IMG/VR virus record: IMGVR_UViG_3300022927_000007
Reading direction: 5' to 3' (one strand)
Length of the DNA stretch: 64,000 nt
Source of the DNA: an uncultured virus (IMG/VR IMGVR_UViG_3300022927_000007)
Taxonomy: Duplodnaviria > Heunggongvirae > Uroviricota > Caudoviricetes
The notes under the pieces are model-generated. The model saw only the letters and a program-made list of their open reading frames with translations. It was not told the origin of the DNA and did no database searches. Position numbers and translations under genes: made by a program. Positions within the stretch are counted from its first letter, which is position 1. Every line of letters starts with the position of its first letter. Below, in pieces: positions 28,237 to 38,246 of the stretch.

Positions 28237-28820
28237 AAGAGTTATATCAAGGCAATAAAGACTTTTGGTTTTTAAGTTCACAAGGACAAATTGCAGACTA
28301 TTGGATTAAAAAATCTAAGTTTGCAAACTATGAAAAGTTTTTACCTTTATTTGATGACAACTTAGGTTTGCAAGAACATACAGACCACGGCGGCGCAATA
28401 CTACGTTACAATCCAGAAATGAAATATGCATACCAAGTCGATTCGCAACAAGAATATATTAATTTTATAAAGCAAACACTTGCTCCATATAGATTTAAAA
28501 GTATTGAATTTGAAAAATGTTGGTGGATACGTTATCCTGAAGGTACGTATAGCGGAATGCACACACATTTACCATTAAGAAAATTAACTAGTGTAATGTT
28601 TTTGAACACTATAGATTTACATGACGATAAACCTTTAGCAGGTAAACTAAAATGTATTACGCAAAATCCAGTAACTGGAGAATTAGTAAGCGATCTTGTA
28701 AAGTGTATTGCTGGAGATGTTATTATTATGGACGGCAAGGTATTTCACGGAGTATATCCTACCTTACAAGAACGTAAAGCGTTTGTTTGTGACTTTATTT
28801 ACGAAGTAGAGTTTGATTAA
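28230..28820 (+). CDS. 2OG-Fe(II) oxygenase-like protein, tandem paralog of the previous gene
   Basis: GTYSGMHTH...LTSVMFL...GDVIIMDGKVFHGVYPTLQERKAFVCDF, colinear with 27610..28236. Confidence 0.65.
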   Translation: MLEELYQGNKDFWFLSSQGQIADYWIKKSKFANYEKFLPLFDDNLGLQEHTDHGGAILRYNPEMKYAYQVDSQQEYINFIKQTLAPYRFKSIEFEKCWWIRYPEGTYSGMHTHLPLRKLTSVMFLNTIDLHDDKPLAGKLKCITQNPVTGELVSDLVKCIAGDVIIMDGKVFHGVYPTLQERKAFVCDFIYEVEFD

Positions 28821-29554
28821 TGCATACAGTATATTGGTCACCAGTTATAAATGTACCAGATAACCAAGAATTTGTATCTGAATTAAAGTACTACGAACCT
28901 AATACAGTATATAAAGACTTAAATGCTAGAGAATTTTTTGGTTTAGGCGCAAGTTTATGTCCTGCAATTGTTGACGAAACTAAAAATACTTTTACTGCAA
29001 AAAGTCCTATTGATTTTCATATTAAATTAGATTATGAAAGACAAGAGTTAGTTTCTAAGTATGATGTTGAACCTAACTTTTTAATGAATTATATTGGACA
29101 GCCAAATCCTGAAGGTGTTTATCAATTAGATCATCCTTGTTTTCTATTTTTTAGTGAAAAACCGTTAACAATGACACAGCTTCCTCCATATTATAGCGAA
29201 AGTCAGTTTTCAAGAGACACAATGGGTATAGCAGGTACATATAATATAGCAAGTTGGATTAGACCAGTACGTCCTGCATTTAAATTTAAAAAAAATGTTA
29301 GAGAACTTGACATAAAACAAGGAGATACGTTGTGTTACTTTAAATTTAACACAACAGAGAAAGTTAGATTAGTTAGATTTGATAGTGCTAAATTATTTGA
29401 ATCTAAAACCGGGCCTGTAATGCAGTGTTTAGGATTTAAAAATCTTAAAGCAAAGAGATTTTTGCCAACACCGTTAGCAGAATGTTATGAAGCATTTGAA
29501 AATGCAAGATATAGAAGTAAAGTTTTAAAACTTATAAAGGAAAATAAAGTATGA
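28820..29554 (+). CDS. Hypothetical protein
   Basis: 244 aa ORF, translationally coupled on both sides; no confident motif. Confidence 0.7.
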   Translation: MHTVYWSPVINVPDNQEFVSELKYYEPNTVYKDLNAREFFGLGASLCPAIVDETKNTFTAKSPIDFHIKLDYERQELVSKYDVEPNFLMNYIGQPNPEGVYQLDHPCFLFFSEKPLTMTQLPPYYSESQFSRDTMGIAGTYNIASWIRPVRPAFKFKKNVRELDIKQGDTLCYFKFNTTEKVRLVRFDSAKLFESKTGPVMQCLGFKNLKAKRFLPTPLAECYEAFENARYRSKVLKLIKENKV

Positions 29555-31380
29555 CACAGTGGATTGGAGCAATTACAAGAGGTCACAACGGTGGCGCAGT
29601 TTTATTAAAAGACGGTGAAATTGTTTTTGCTATCGAAGAAGAAAGATTAACACGTAAAAAATACGATGGCGGCCCACTAGCCGCAATGACTAAGTTTTTA
29701 GATTACACTGATAAATTAGATTATCTAGTCGTTGCTCATACACAACCGTTAGAAGAATCAAGTAGAATTGACTTTAGCGGTGGAGACATGTATACTGGTC
29801 TTGCAAGAAAGTTAGGACTTATTGATAGATCAGATAATGCATATACTCCTGACGGACATCATAATCATAGACAAGTAATTGATATGAGTTATGTACATCA
29901 TAAACTACATGCGGCATGTGCATTTTATAGAAGTGGGTTTGAATCAGCAGTTGCAGTAGTAGTTGACGGTGCCGGCACCTTTATTCCTATGAATATTTCT
30001 ACGGGAACATTTAATGATGAGTTTATGACTTGGGAATGTGAAAGTATTTTTAATTGTTCTTATCCTGATGCTATTAAAACATTATATAAACATCAGGGCG
30101 GAAACGGTCCTTATCCTGGAACTAGGGTTCAATATATTCCTTCAGAAAGAGAAGGGGAAGAAGGATTCCATGAACTTGTGCTAGATGATAGTGCAGGTAT
30201 TACAAAGGCCTACGAAGCAGTAACACAGTATTGTGGATTTCAGCCAATTGAAGCTGGCAAAACAATGGGTCTTGCTCCTTATGGCAAACCTAATGATAAG
30301 ATTCCTCCAATTTATACAGATGGAAATGGCGGCAAATGGCGTACTAGTGATAGAAGTGTAATTATTCCTACATATCCTAATGCGGCTGTAGTAAATGAAG
30401 GAAAATATGAATATCTTGAAACTTCTCAAGACGTAGTTAACAGTAGAGTTGATCTTACAACATTAGAAAACCGTAGAGATATGGCATATGCTGTACAAGA
30501 AGGTTCACAGCAAGAAGTTTTAAATCTTATTTTTAAGGCAGTTGAAATGAGCGGTAACAAAAATGTTGTACTAAGTGGTGGCTATGCACTTAATTGTGTT
30601 GCTAATTATTGGTATCTTGACAAATTAAATAAAGAAGGTATTAATTTATATGTAGAGCCTGTTAGTAGTGATGCTGGAACAGCAATTGGTGCCGCATTAT
30701 TAGTTTATCATCAAACTACTAAAGATAAAAAAGTACGTCCGTATACAGAAACAATTTATGAAGGATTTCCTTATTGTCATTCAGATAAAGAAATTGAAGA
30801 AGTTGCAAACAAATACGGTGCTGTAGTTGTTGACGCTGACAATAAAAAAGTAGTTGAGTTAATTAGAGACAGAAAAATTGTTACAATGTTCCAAGGACGA
30901 TCAGAAAATGGTCCAAGAGCACTCGGTAACAGAAGTATTCTATATGATCCAACAGACCTAAATGGAAAAGATCATGTAAATCGCATTAAGCGTCGCGAAT
31001 ATTTCCGCCCATTTGCAGGAACTATTCTTGCTGAACATGCACATGAATGGTTTGATATGCGCGGTTTGGAACAGTCGCCTCATATGATGTATGCAATGAA
31101 TTGCCAACCCGGTGTTGCTGAAAAAATTCCAAGTATTATTCACGTTGACGGAACTTGTCGTATTCAAACAGTGACTCAAGAACAAAATAAACATTATTAT
31201 GAAATAATTAAAGAATTTTACGAACAAACAGGTGTGCCAATTATCTTTAATACTAGCTTTAACTTAGGAGGCGAGCCTTTAGTTGAAACATTAGACGATG
31301 CAGTACGCACACTTTATAGTAGCGAAATGGAATATTGTTATTTGCCTGAATATGGTAAATTAATTGAAATGAAAAACTGA
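29551..31380 (+). CDS. Carbamoyltransferase (NodU/CmcH/TobZ family)
   Basis: 609 aa: EEERLTRKK, HHKLHAA.AFY, VVDGAG, GKTMGLAPYG, SGGYALNC, DAGTAIGAA, GPRALGNRSIL, KRREYFRPFA, HVDGTCRIQTV, NTSFN. Confidence 0.93.
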   Translation: MTQWIGAITRGHNGGAVLLKDGEIVFAIEEERLTRKKYDGGPLAAMTKFLDYTDKLDYLVVAHTQPLEESSRIDFSGGDMYTGLARKLGLIDRSDNAYTPDGHHNHRQVIDMSYVHHKLHAACAFYRSGFESAVAVVVDGAGTFIPMNISTGTFNDEFMTWECESIFNCSYPDAIKTLYKHQGGNGPYPGTRVQYIPSEREGEEGFHELVLDDSAGITKAYEAVTQYCGFQPIEAGKTMGLAPYGKPNDKIPPIYTDGNGGKWRTSDRSVIIPTYPNAAVVNEGKYEYLETSQDVVNSRVDLTTLENRRDMAYAVQEGSQQEVLNLIFKAVEMSGNKNVVLSGGYALNCVANYWYLDKLNKEGINLYVEPVSSDAGTAIGAALLVYHQTTKDKKVRPYTETIYEGFPYCHSDKEIEEVANKYGAVVVDADNKKVVELIRDRKIVTMFQGRSENGPRALGNRSILYDPTDLNGKDHVNRIKRREYFRPFAGTILAEHAHEWFDMRGLEQSPHMMYAMNCQPGVAEKIPSIIHVDGTCRIQTVTQEQNKHYYEIIKEFYEQTGVPIIFNTSFNLGGEPLVETLDDAVRTLYSSEMEYCYLPEYGKLIEMKN

Positions 31381-31991
31381 TGCATGTTAATTTATTTTCT
31401 ATACCAGTTTATAAAACATCTCTTTCTAACCATGATGCTATTCGAGAAGATTTTAAAGACGTACTCGAAGATGATTCTCACTTTTTTAAAATTCCAACTT
31501 GGTATAGTAATGTAGATACTACTTTTGGTAATAGAGAAGCAGATAAATTACCATGGCAAAAGTTTATACAATCAGCAGTTATTGGATTAAATGATTATAT
31601 TGAAATCTTTAATCTAGATCTACCAAAAGAATACAGAGTAGAGTGCTGGTTGAATAGATATTCTTCAAATCAATATCAGGAAATTCATAATCATGCTGGA
31701 GAAAGTGTTATTAGTTGTGCATACATGATGTACACTCCGCCAGATAGCGGAAATTTTGTATTTTATAAGAATCAATACGATTATTTTCACCAAGCTGGAC
31801 TTCCTAGGCTAAGTTCAGAACCTTTTAAATTTAATAATAGGGTAACTCCTCCCTTAAAAGAGGGAGAAATTATCTATTTTCCTAGTAACTTAGAACATTA
31901 CGTTTCGGAAAACAAATCTAACAAAGTTCGTGCTACAATTAGTGCAAACTTTATTATAAAAGAAAAATTAATCGGAGACGATCATGGATAA
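31380..31991 (+). CDS. Putative 2OG-Fe(II) oxygenase (TIGR02466-like)
   Basis: LFSIPVY, WLN, HNH, ISCAY, EGEIIYFPSNLEHYV, RATISAN. Confidence 0.75.
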   Translation: MHVNLFSIPVYKTSLSNHDAIREDFKDVLEDDSHFFKIPTWYSNVDTTFGNREADKLPWQKFIQSAVIGLNDYIEIFNLDLPKEYRVECWLNRYSSNQYQEIHNHAGESVISCAYMMYTPPDSGNFVFYKNQYDYFHQAGLPRLSSEPFKFNNRVTPPLKEGEIIYFPSNLEHYVSENKSNKVRATISANFIIKEKLIGDDHG

Positions 31992-32685
31992 AAAAATTAT
32001 CGACGAAGAAAAAATTTTTGCTATCAATCCAAATTATGATGCACAGCTAGTTCATTACGGTGACGTAAAAGTATTAATAGTAGACGACTTCTATGAAAAT
32101 CCATATGATGTTAGACAGCTTGCTTTAGATATACCTGCATCTACAAATAGACGTATACGTGGCAATAATCCAGCACATCGTATTAATGCGTTTTATGAAT
32201 TATCTAGTATGTCATGGATATATGATCAATTAGCAAGACAGTATTTTCCAGAAGTAATGACTGCTTATCCTCCACAATATATGGAGCATAGTTTTATGAA
32301 TGCAACATTTATGGTAAATGTTATGCAAACTAACAATTTACCTCCTGTTTGTCCTCATATGGATAATACTAGTGGAATGAATCTTGCATCTACAATCTAT
32401 TTAAACACAGCAAATGAGTGTAATGGCGGAACAAGTTTTTATTCTTTTGGGGGGAAAACATATTATGACGACCCTAGTGTAACACACACATTAGATGTAC
32501 AAGGAAAAATTCCAGTAACTCGTTATATTTCAGATAGTATTGGCGACTGGAAGCTGTTAGGCATTGCACAAATGAAATTTAATAGAATGGTATTGTACAA
32601 TCAGGCAGTTTTGCATAGTGCGTATGTAAAACCGCAGATGTTTACTAATGATTTATATAGATTAAATCAACAATTTTTTATTTAG
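31984..32685 (+). CDS. 2OG-Fe(II) oxygenase-like protein (DUF6445-like)
   Basis: IVDDFYENP, PHMD, IYLN...GGTSFY, FNRMVLY...LHS, RLNQ. Confidence 0.65.
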   Translation: MDKKIIDEEKIFAINPNYDAQLVHYGDVKVLIVDDFYENPYDVRQLALDIPASTNRRIRGNNPAHRINAFYELSSMSWIYDQLARQYFPEVMTAYPPQYMEHSFMNATFMVNVMQTNNLPPVCPHMDNTSGMNLASTIYLNTANECNGGTSFYSFGGKTYYDDPSVTHTLDVQGKIPVTRYISDSIGDWKLLGIAQMKFNRMVLYNQAVLHSAYVKPQMFTNDLYRLNQQFFI

Positions 32686-32693
32686 GAGAGACT

Positions 32694-33269
32694 ATGGAAG
32701 GTAATTTTGATGGAATCGAAGAATATCCAAACGCTTTTCCAATTGACTGGTGTAGACAAGTAATTAAACGATTCGAAGAAATGTCTTCAAAGCAAATAAC
32801 TACTTTACAAAGTAGTATAAAGAATCAAGATGAACGCATATACATGGATTGGGCTAATCATAATTCGATGTATCATGCTGATGAAGATTTATGCTTGTTC
32901 TTTTATACACAATTAAATAAAATATATGAAGAAAAGTATAGAAAAAAATATGAAAGTTTAGGTCATGTTATGCAACATAGTCCTAAAGGGATGAGTGTTC
33001 AAAAAACTAAACCTCATCAAGGTTATCATATGTGGCATTGTGAAAATGCTGATATTAGTACAGGTTCGAGAGTGCTTGCATATACCGTTTACTTAAATGC
33101 TGTAGAAGAAGGCGGTGAAACTGAATTCTTATACCAAGGAGTTAAATGTAAACCTGAGCCTGGAAAACTTTGTATTTTTCCTACATCGTTTACGCATCCA
33201 CATCGAGGTAATCCTATCTACAAAGGTGTTAAGTATATTATAACAGGTTGGTACACATTCGACCAATAG
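32694..33269 (+). CDS. 2OG-Fe(II) oxygenase, prolyl-4-hydroxylase-like
   Basis: GYHMWHCE...YLNAVEEGGETEF...FP..FTHPHRG..KYIITGW. Confidence 0.85.
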   Translation: MEGNFDGIEEYPNAFPIDWCRQVIKRFEEMSSKQITTLQSSIKNQDERIYMDWANHNSMYHADEDLCLFFYTQLNKIYEEKYRKKYESLGHVMQHSPKGMSVQKTKPHQGYHMWHCENADISTGSRVLAYTVYLNAVEEGGETEFLYQGVKCKPEPGKLCIFPTSFTHPHRGNPIYKGVKYIITGWYTFDQ

Positions 33270-33276
33270 GATAAAA

Positions 33277-34755
33277 ATGAAAATAGCAGTAGTAGGTGGC
33301 GGCACAGCAGGATTTGTAGCTGCCTTAACATTAAAAACTAGTTTTCCTTCTTACGTTGTTGATGTAATACGTTCAACAAAGATAGGAACAATCGGTGTTG
33401 GCGAAGGTTCTACCGAACACTGGACTGCATTTATGGAACATGTTGGCATATCAGCAGGAGAAATGCTTAAAGAAGTTGACGGAACATTTAAAACAGGTAT
33501 CATGTTTGAAGATTGGGGAGAAAAACCTTACCTTCAAAATGTACACGAACCTTTTGTACCTAAACATTTAGGAATGCCAATGGCATATGCTAAACTTATT
33601 GGTGAAAATGTTGATCCTCGCGACTTAACAGGTGATTACCTTTGGCGTAATCATACTCCATTCAGTAAATTTATTGAAGAACGTCCTAACGATACCGGAG
33701 TTAGTCAATACCATTTTAATACTAGTAAACTTAATAACTATCTCACTAATTTTGCATTAAACAAAGGATGCCAAATCATTGATGATGAAATTATAAAAGT
33801 AAATGTTATCGAAAACAATCAGATTGACACAATTGAAGGCGAAAAACAGACATACGACTATGACTTTTACATTGATTGTACAGGATTTAGAAGATTGCTT
33901 ATAGAGCCTGTGGGCGGTAAGTGGCAAAGTTACAGCAAATATCTAAAAATGAAAGAAGCAATAGTTTTTCCAACAGAATATACTAATGCTATTGATCCGC
34001 GCGGCGACGAAATACCTATTTGGACTTTGGCAAAAGCAATGAATGCAGGCTGGATGTTTCGCATACCGGTTTGGGACCGTAAAGGCAACGGTTATATTTT
34101 TGATAGTGATTTTATTACAGCCGAAGAAGCACAAGAAGAAGTTGAAAAATATTTAGGACATGGTATCGATGTAGCAAAACATATTAAGTTTGAAGCAGGA
34201 GCAATTGATAAACCTTGGATTGGCAATGTATGTGCAATAGGCCTTAGTGCAAACTTTGTAGAACCTTTAGAAGCCAGTAGTATTGGAACTAGTATTAATC
34301 AAAGTATGTTATTAGCACAGCGTATCGTCAATTACAATAATCAAACAATTAATAGATATAATGTAGAAGTAAACGCAATAATGGAAAATATTAGAGACTT
34401 TATTGCACTACATTATATTACACCAAGACGTGATACTCCTTTTTGGAGAGCTGTTGCAGAAACTCCTTTACCTTCTACCCTTGAAGAAAATTTAAAAATG
34501 TGGAAATACAGAATGCCCATTGAAGATGATTTAACTTCTCATACAAAAAAAATTCTGTTTAATGAATATAATTTTGCAATTGTAATGCATGGATTAGGGT
34601 TATTTGATACTAATAGTATTTTAAAACAATACAATACATTACCACCTGACGCACAAGAATTTGTTAATCGTCAATGCCAGCAAAAAATTCAATTTGATCA
34701 AATTAAATCTATTCCGCATAAGATAATGTTAGACTTATTGCGGAGATTAGTATGA
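33277..34755 (+). CDS. Flavin-dependent (tryptophan-type) halogenase-like protein
   Basis: VVGGGTAG, IGVGEGS, catalytic-Lys context GTFKTGIMF, IDCTGF, GWMFRIP (WxWxIP variant), FVEPLEASS. Confidence 0.88.
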   Translation: MKIAVVGGGTAGFVAALTLKTSFPSYVVDVIRSTKIGTIGVGEGSTEHWTAFMEHVGISAGEMLKEVDGTFKTGIMFEDWGEKPYLQNVHEPFVPKHLGMPMAYAKLIGENVDPRDLTGDYLWRNHTPFSKFIEERPNDTGVSQYHFNTSKLNNYLTNFALNKGCQIIDDEIIKVNVIENNQIDTIEGEKQTYDYDFYIDCTGFRRLLIEPVGGKWQSYSKYLKMKEAIVFPTEYTNAIDPRGDEIPIWTLAKAMNAGWMFRIPVWDRKGNGYIFDSDFITAEEAQEEVEKYLGHGIDVAKHIKFEAGAIDKPWIGNVCAIGLSANFVEPLEASSIGTSINQSMLLAQRIVNYNNQTINRYNVEVNAIMENIRDFIALHYITPRRDTPFWRAVAETPLPSTLEENLKMWKYRMPIEDDLTSHTKKILFNEYNFAIVMHGLGLFDTNSILKQYNTLPPDAQEFVNRQCQQKIQFDQIKSIPHKIMLDLLRRLV

Positions 34756-35612
34756 GAATATTTGCGTTCGGGTGTAGTCTAACCCAATACTTTTATCCAA
34801 CCTGGGCAGATATTCTAATTCATCAATATAAATCTAAAGGTTATCAAGGAAGTAACTGGGCTAGAAGTGGAGCGGGCAATCAATATATTAATATGAGATT
34901 GTGGGAAGCAAACACTGTTCATAAATTTAATAAAGATGATATTATATTATTACAGTGGAGCAGTATGTTTCGTGAAGATAGATATCATATGGGTCATGGT
35001 TGGTGGACACCAGGTAACTTTAGCGGGTTAACTTTAGATAACGAAGGCATGGTGCTTAATAATTTTTATTACAAAACTAAATGGCAATGGGCTGATATGA
35101 TTCATTGTGTTATGCGAGACTGTGCTACTATAAGTTCAACACATAAAGCATTGTCTAGTATTGGGTGTAAAGTAGTATCAACAGCATTTAGAGAACCAGT
35201 AGAAGGTTGGGAAGAACTATCGCCTGAGTTTAATAAAACTAATTCTAAATTAGAGTTAGAGGATGTTAGGGCAGTACTAGAATCATATAAAGACGACATA
35301 CAAACATCTTGCCCACCAATACTAAATGCATTAAACTTTGGAACTGATCAAGCATTTGCAGATACCAGACCTAAGAGTGTTCCTGATAGAACAGCAGACT
35401 CGCAACATATGCTACTGCCAGAACTTCATCCTTTAACACACGAAGCCGCAGAGTTTGTTGACACACATGTTGAATCACTTACTTCCGAGACAAAAGAATT
35501 TGTAGATTTTTGGAAACAACAGTATATAGATAAAGATCTTATCTACTTAGAAGATTTAAAATGGTTTAATTCTGATAAGATAGGTTGGTCAGATGATAGA
35601 TGGAGACCTTAA
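34752..35612 (+). CDS. SGNH/GDSL-like hydrolase or acyltransferase
   Basis: FGCSLT, NWARSGAGN, LQWS..RED and a late xxHP motif. Confidence 0.55.
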   Translation: MRIFAFGCSLTQYFYPTWADILIHQYKSKGYQGSNWARSGAGNQYINMRLWEANTVHKFNKDDIILLQWSSMFREDRYHMGHGWWTPGNFSGLTLDNEGMVLNNFYYKTKWQWADMIHCVMRDCATISSTHKALSSIGCKVVSTAFREPVEGWEELSPEFNKTNSKLELEDVRAVLESYKDDIQTSCPPILNALNFGTDQAFADTRPKSVPDRTADSQHMLLPELHPLTHEAAEFVDTHVESLTSETKEFVDFWKQQYIDKDLIYLEDLKWFNSDKIGWSDDRWRP

Positions 35613-35615
35613 TAA

Positions 35616-36179
35616 ATGAGTACACCGGTAATTGGATTAGACCGAGACGGAACTATCAACGAAGATATTGGTACATATGTAACTAAACCTGAACAATTTA
35701 AACCTATTCCAGGAAGTTTAGAAGCAATAAAAATGATTCGAGACAAAGGATATGATGTTGTTATTTTAACAAATCAAGCCGGCATTATGAAAGGTATTTG
35801 TGATGCAGTTGATGTTGATGTAGTGCATAACTATATGTTACAGTTATTAGGCGAAGTTGGTTGTAAAAATATTAATGGATTATATTATTCAACTACTAAT
35901 TTAAAAGATGACATTTATGCAAAACCCAATATAGGAATGTTTAAACGTGCCGCTGCCGAAGTTGGAGTAGATTGGAAAAACGGTGTATACGTTGGTGACA
36001 AAATTACAGATCTTAAAGCCGCAGTTAAAGCTAAAGCTCGCCCAGTATTGTTGCGTACTGGACACGGAAAAGAAACCATTGAAAAATTAGATTCTTTTGC
36101 TAATAAAGACCTTAAAAAACAAACAGAAGTGTTTGATAATCTTTATCAATTTGCTCATAGCTTAGTTGATCTACGATAA
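35616..36179 (+). CDS. gmhB: D,D-heptose 1,7-bisphosphate phosphatase (HAD)
   Basis: LDRDGTIN, TNQAGI, KPNIGM, VGDKITD, LRTGHG. Confidence 0.88.
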   Translation: MSTPVIGLDRDGTINEDIGTYVTKPEQFKPIPGSLEAIKMIRDKGYDVVILTNQAGIMKGICDAVDVDVVHNYMLQLLGEVGCKNINGLYYSTTNLKDDIYAKPNIGMFKRAAAEVGVDWKNGVYVGDKITDLKAAVKAKARPVLLRTGHGKETIEKLDSFANKDLKKQTEVFDNLYQFAHSLVDLR

Positions 36180-36234
36180 AATTATAGTGCTACATATATT
36201 TTCAAAACGATAAATACAATATGGAGCATGTGAA

Positions 36235-36747
36235 ATGAATAAAACATTAAACGGTCTATTCTCAAAAGGGCTAAACAACACTATTTTACTACCCCAGCAG
36301 AGTAGTTTTAGTTACAAAGGAAATTGGATTGGAGTTCATAACAACAGTGTAATGGACAAATGGCACGTTGGCGACTTTAGTAGCGCCATTTACCAAATCA
36401 CTGTAGAATTTGATTCAAATGAAAAAGAAATTATGCAACTTTCTGTTGTTGCTAGACCCGATAGAGCAGTTGCATCTATCTTTGGGCGTTCTAGCATTAA
36501 CCAAGAATTAGTAAGTATAAATGTAACTGTAGACGAAAGTATTTGTAAAGTCATGGTGTCTCCAACATCAAGAACATGGACAGGAGCGAAATTAATTTAC
36601 CATGCAACTTATGCAAGGACAATACATCAACTTACTCCTCCTGCTATTGTCGCAGATGTATCCTCAGAGGAAGCATCTGGAATAAATACTTTTGATGCAA
36701 CAACAACGTATTTTGATAATACAAATATAACATTTGATAAGGTGTAA
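36235..36747 (+). CDS. Virion/baseplate-associated protein
   Basis: 170 aa with promoter TAAATA at 36211-36216 and SD GGAG. C-terminal TFDATTTYFDNTNITFD repeat, directly before a gp9/gp10-like gene. Confidence 0.6.
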   Translation: MNKTLNGLFSKGLNNTILLPQQSSFSYKGNWIGVHNNSVMDKWHVGDFSSAIYQITVEFDSNEKEIMQLSVVARPDRAVASIFGRSSINQELVSINVTVDESICKVMVSPTSRTWTGAKLIYHATYARTIHQLTPPAIVADVSSEEASGINTFDATTTYFDNTNITFDKV

Positions 36748-36750
36748 GGA

Positions 36751-38238
36751 ATGGCAAAATCAACAATTAATATAGGTACAGCGGCAAACGACGGTACTGG
36801 CGACAGTTTAAGATCTGGCGCAACTAAAGTTAATGCAAACATTGACGAAGTGTACGGCGCACTAGGCGACGGCACAAACTTAAAAGATATTGTAAACTCA
36901 AACTTAGAGCTTGATGTTCCTAACGACGACACAAAAATTAATAAAATTGCATTTCATGTTGCTACAACTAACCAACTAAACCAAGTTAGTCCTTCAACTT
37001 ATCACGGTGCATTGATGCACAATCACCAAACTGGTACTGTACATGTTGCACACGCAGGAGCTTGGCATAAATTATTAATGGATACAAGTGGCGGAGCAAT
37101 TACAAATTACACTAGTCCTTTAGCTTCAGTTGCATATATTGGTAATATTAATAGCTTAACTGATGTAGACACAGTCTCGCAACCACCACAAACTGGAAAT
37201 GTTTTGAAATGGGATGGCGGCAAATGGGCACCAGGTACTGACGTTTCATCAGGTGGCGCTGGTCTAGATGCTGATACATTGGACGGGTTTGACAGTGCAT
37301 ACTTTACAAATTATAATAACTTAAACAATAAACCTACTATTCCTTCAGCACTAACTGATTTAGGTATCGAAGACGGTAGTGCCGAACAAGTATTAACTAC
37401 TGATGGTGCAGGCGGATTTACATTTACAACAGTTAGTTCAGGTAGTGTACAAAATTTATTTGAAACTGTTGCGTCCGATGTTGGAAATACTACAGCAAAT
37501 AGTGCTACAGATACACTTACTATTGCAGGCGGAACAAATATTGCAACTGCAATTGTAGGAGATACTTTAACAATTAATTATGTTGGCTCGCCAAATTCAG
37601 GTGAAGCAAACCAAAATGCATTTAGTAATGTACAAGCTGACACAGGTCTTGCTGAAGCAGATAACACTACAGATACACTTACTATTGCAGGCGGAACAAA
37701 TATTACAACAACTGTATCTGGAGATACAGTTACAATTGATTATTCCGGAACTAATAGTCTAGATAGCTTAACTGATGTTGTAATTACAACACCGGCTAAC
37801 GGTTCGGTTATGGCATACAACGGAACAAATTGGATTGATGTTCCCCAAACAATTGATAGAATGGCATACGGTGCTATTACAACTTTAACAGTTACAGCAG
37901 ATAGTAGTAACGGATATAAATTTGATCAATATGGAGCAACAGAAGATCCAGTTATTTACGCATTGTCAGGATGTACTATTGCATTTGATCTAAATAATTC
38001 TTCATTAGCAAGTCATCCATTCCAAATTGAAACAAGTGGCGGCAGTGCATATGACACAGGATTAGTACATGTTGCAACTGATGGTACAGAATCAATAGGA
38101 TCAGATGCACAAGGAAAAACAAGCGGAACATTATATTGGAAGATTCCGGCTAATATTAGCGGAAACTATGCATACCAATGTACAGTACATTCAGCTATGA
38201 GAGGAACAATTACAATTAAGCAATTGAGCGCAATTTAA
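36751..38238 (+). CDS. Baseplate/fibre protein with T4 gp9/gp10-like N-terminus and cupredoxin-like C-terminus
   Basis: INIGTAANDGTGDSLRSGATKVNANIDEVY is the gp9/gp10 N-terminal motif. C-terminal SHPFQI...YQCTVHSAMRGTITI. Confidence 0.75.
   Translation: MAKSTINIGTAANDGTGDSLRSGATKVNANIDEVYGALGDGTNLKDIVNSNLELDVPNDDTKINKIAFHVATTNQLNQVSPSTYHGALMHNHQTGTVHVAHAGAWHKLLMDTSGGAITNYTSPLASVAYIGNINSLTDVDTVSQPPQTGNVLKWDGGKWAPGTDVSSGGAGLDADTLDGFDSAYFTNYNNLNNKPTIPSALTDLGIEDGSAEQVLTTDGAGGFTFTTVSSGSVQNLFETVASDVGNTTANSATDTLTIAGGTNIATAIVGDTLTINYVGSPNSGEANQNAFSNVQADTGLAEADNTTDTLTIAGGTNITTTVSGDTVTIDYSGTNSLDSLTDVVITTPANGSVMAYNGTNWIDVPQTIDRMAYGAITTLTVTADSSNGYKFDQYGATEDPVIYALSGCTIAFDLNNSSLASHPFQIETSGGSAYDTGLVHVATDGTESIGSDAQGKTSGTLYWKIPANISGNYAYQCTVHSAMRGTITIKQLSAI
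37505..37704 (+). repeat. 38-bp exact direct repeat inside the gp9/gp10-like gene
   Basis: CTACAGATACACTTACTATTGCAGGCGGAACAAATATT at 37505-37542 and 37667-37704 (162 nt period, TDTLTIAGGTNI). Confidence 0.9.
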
Positions 38239-38246
38239 GGTAAGTT

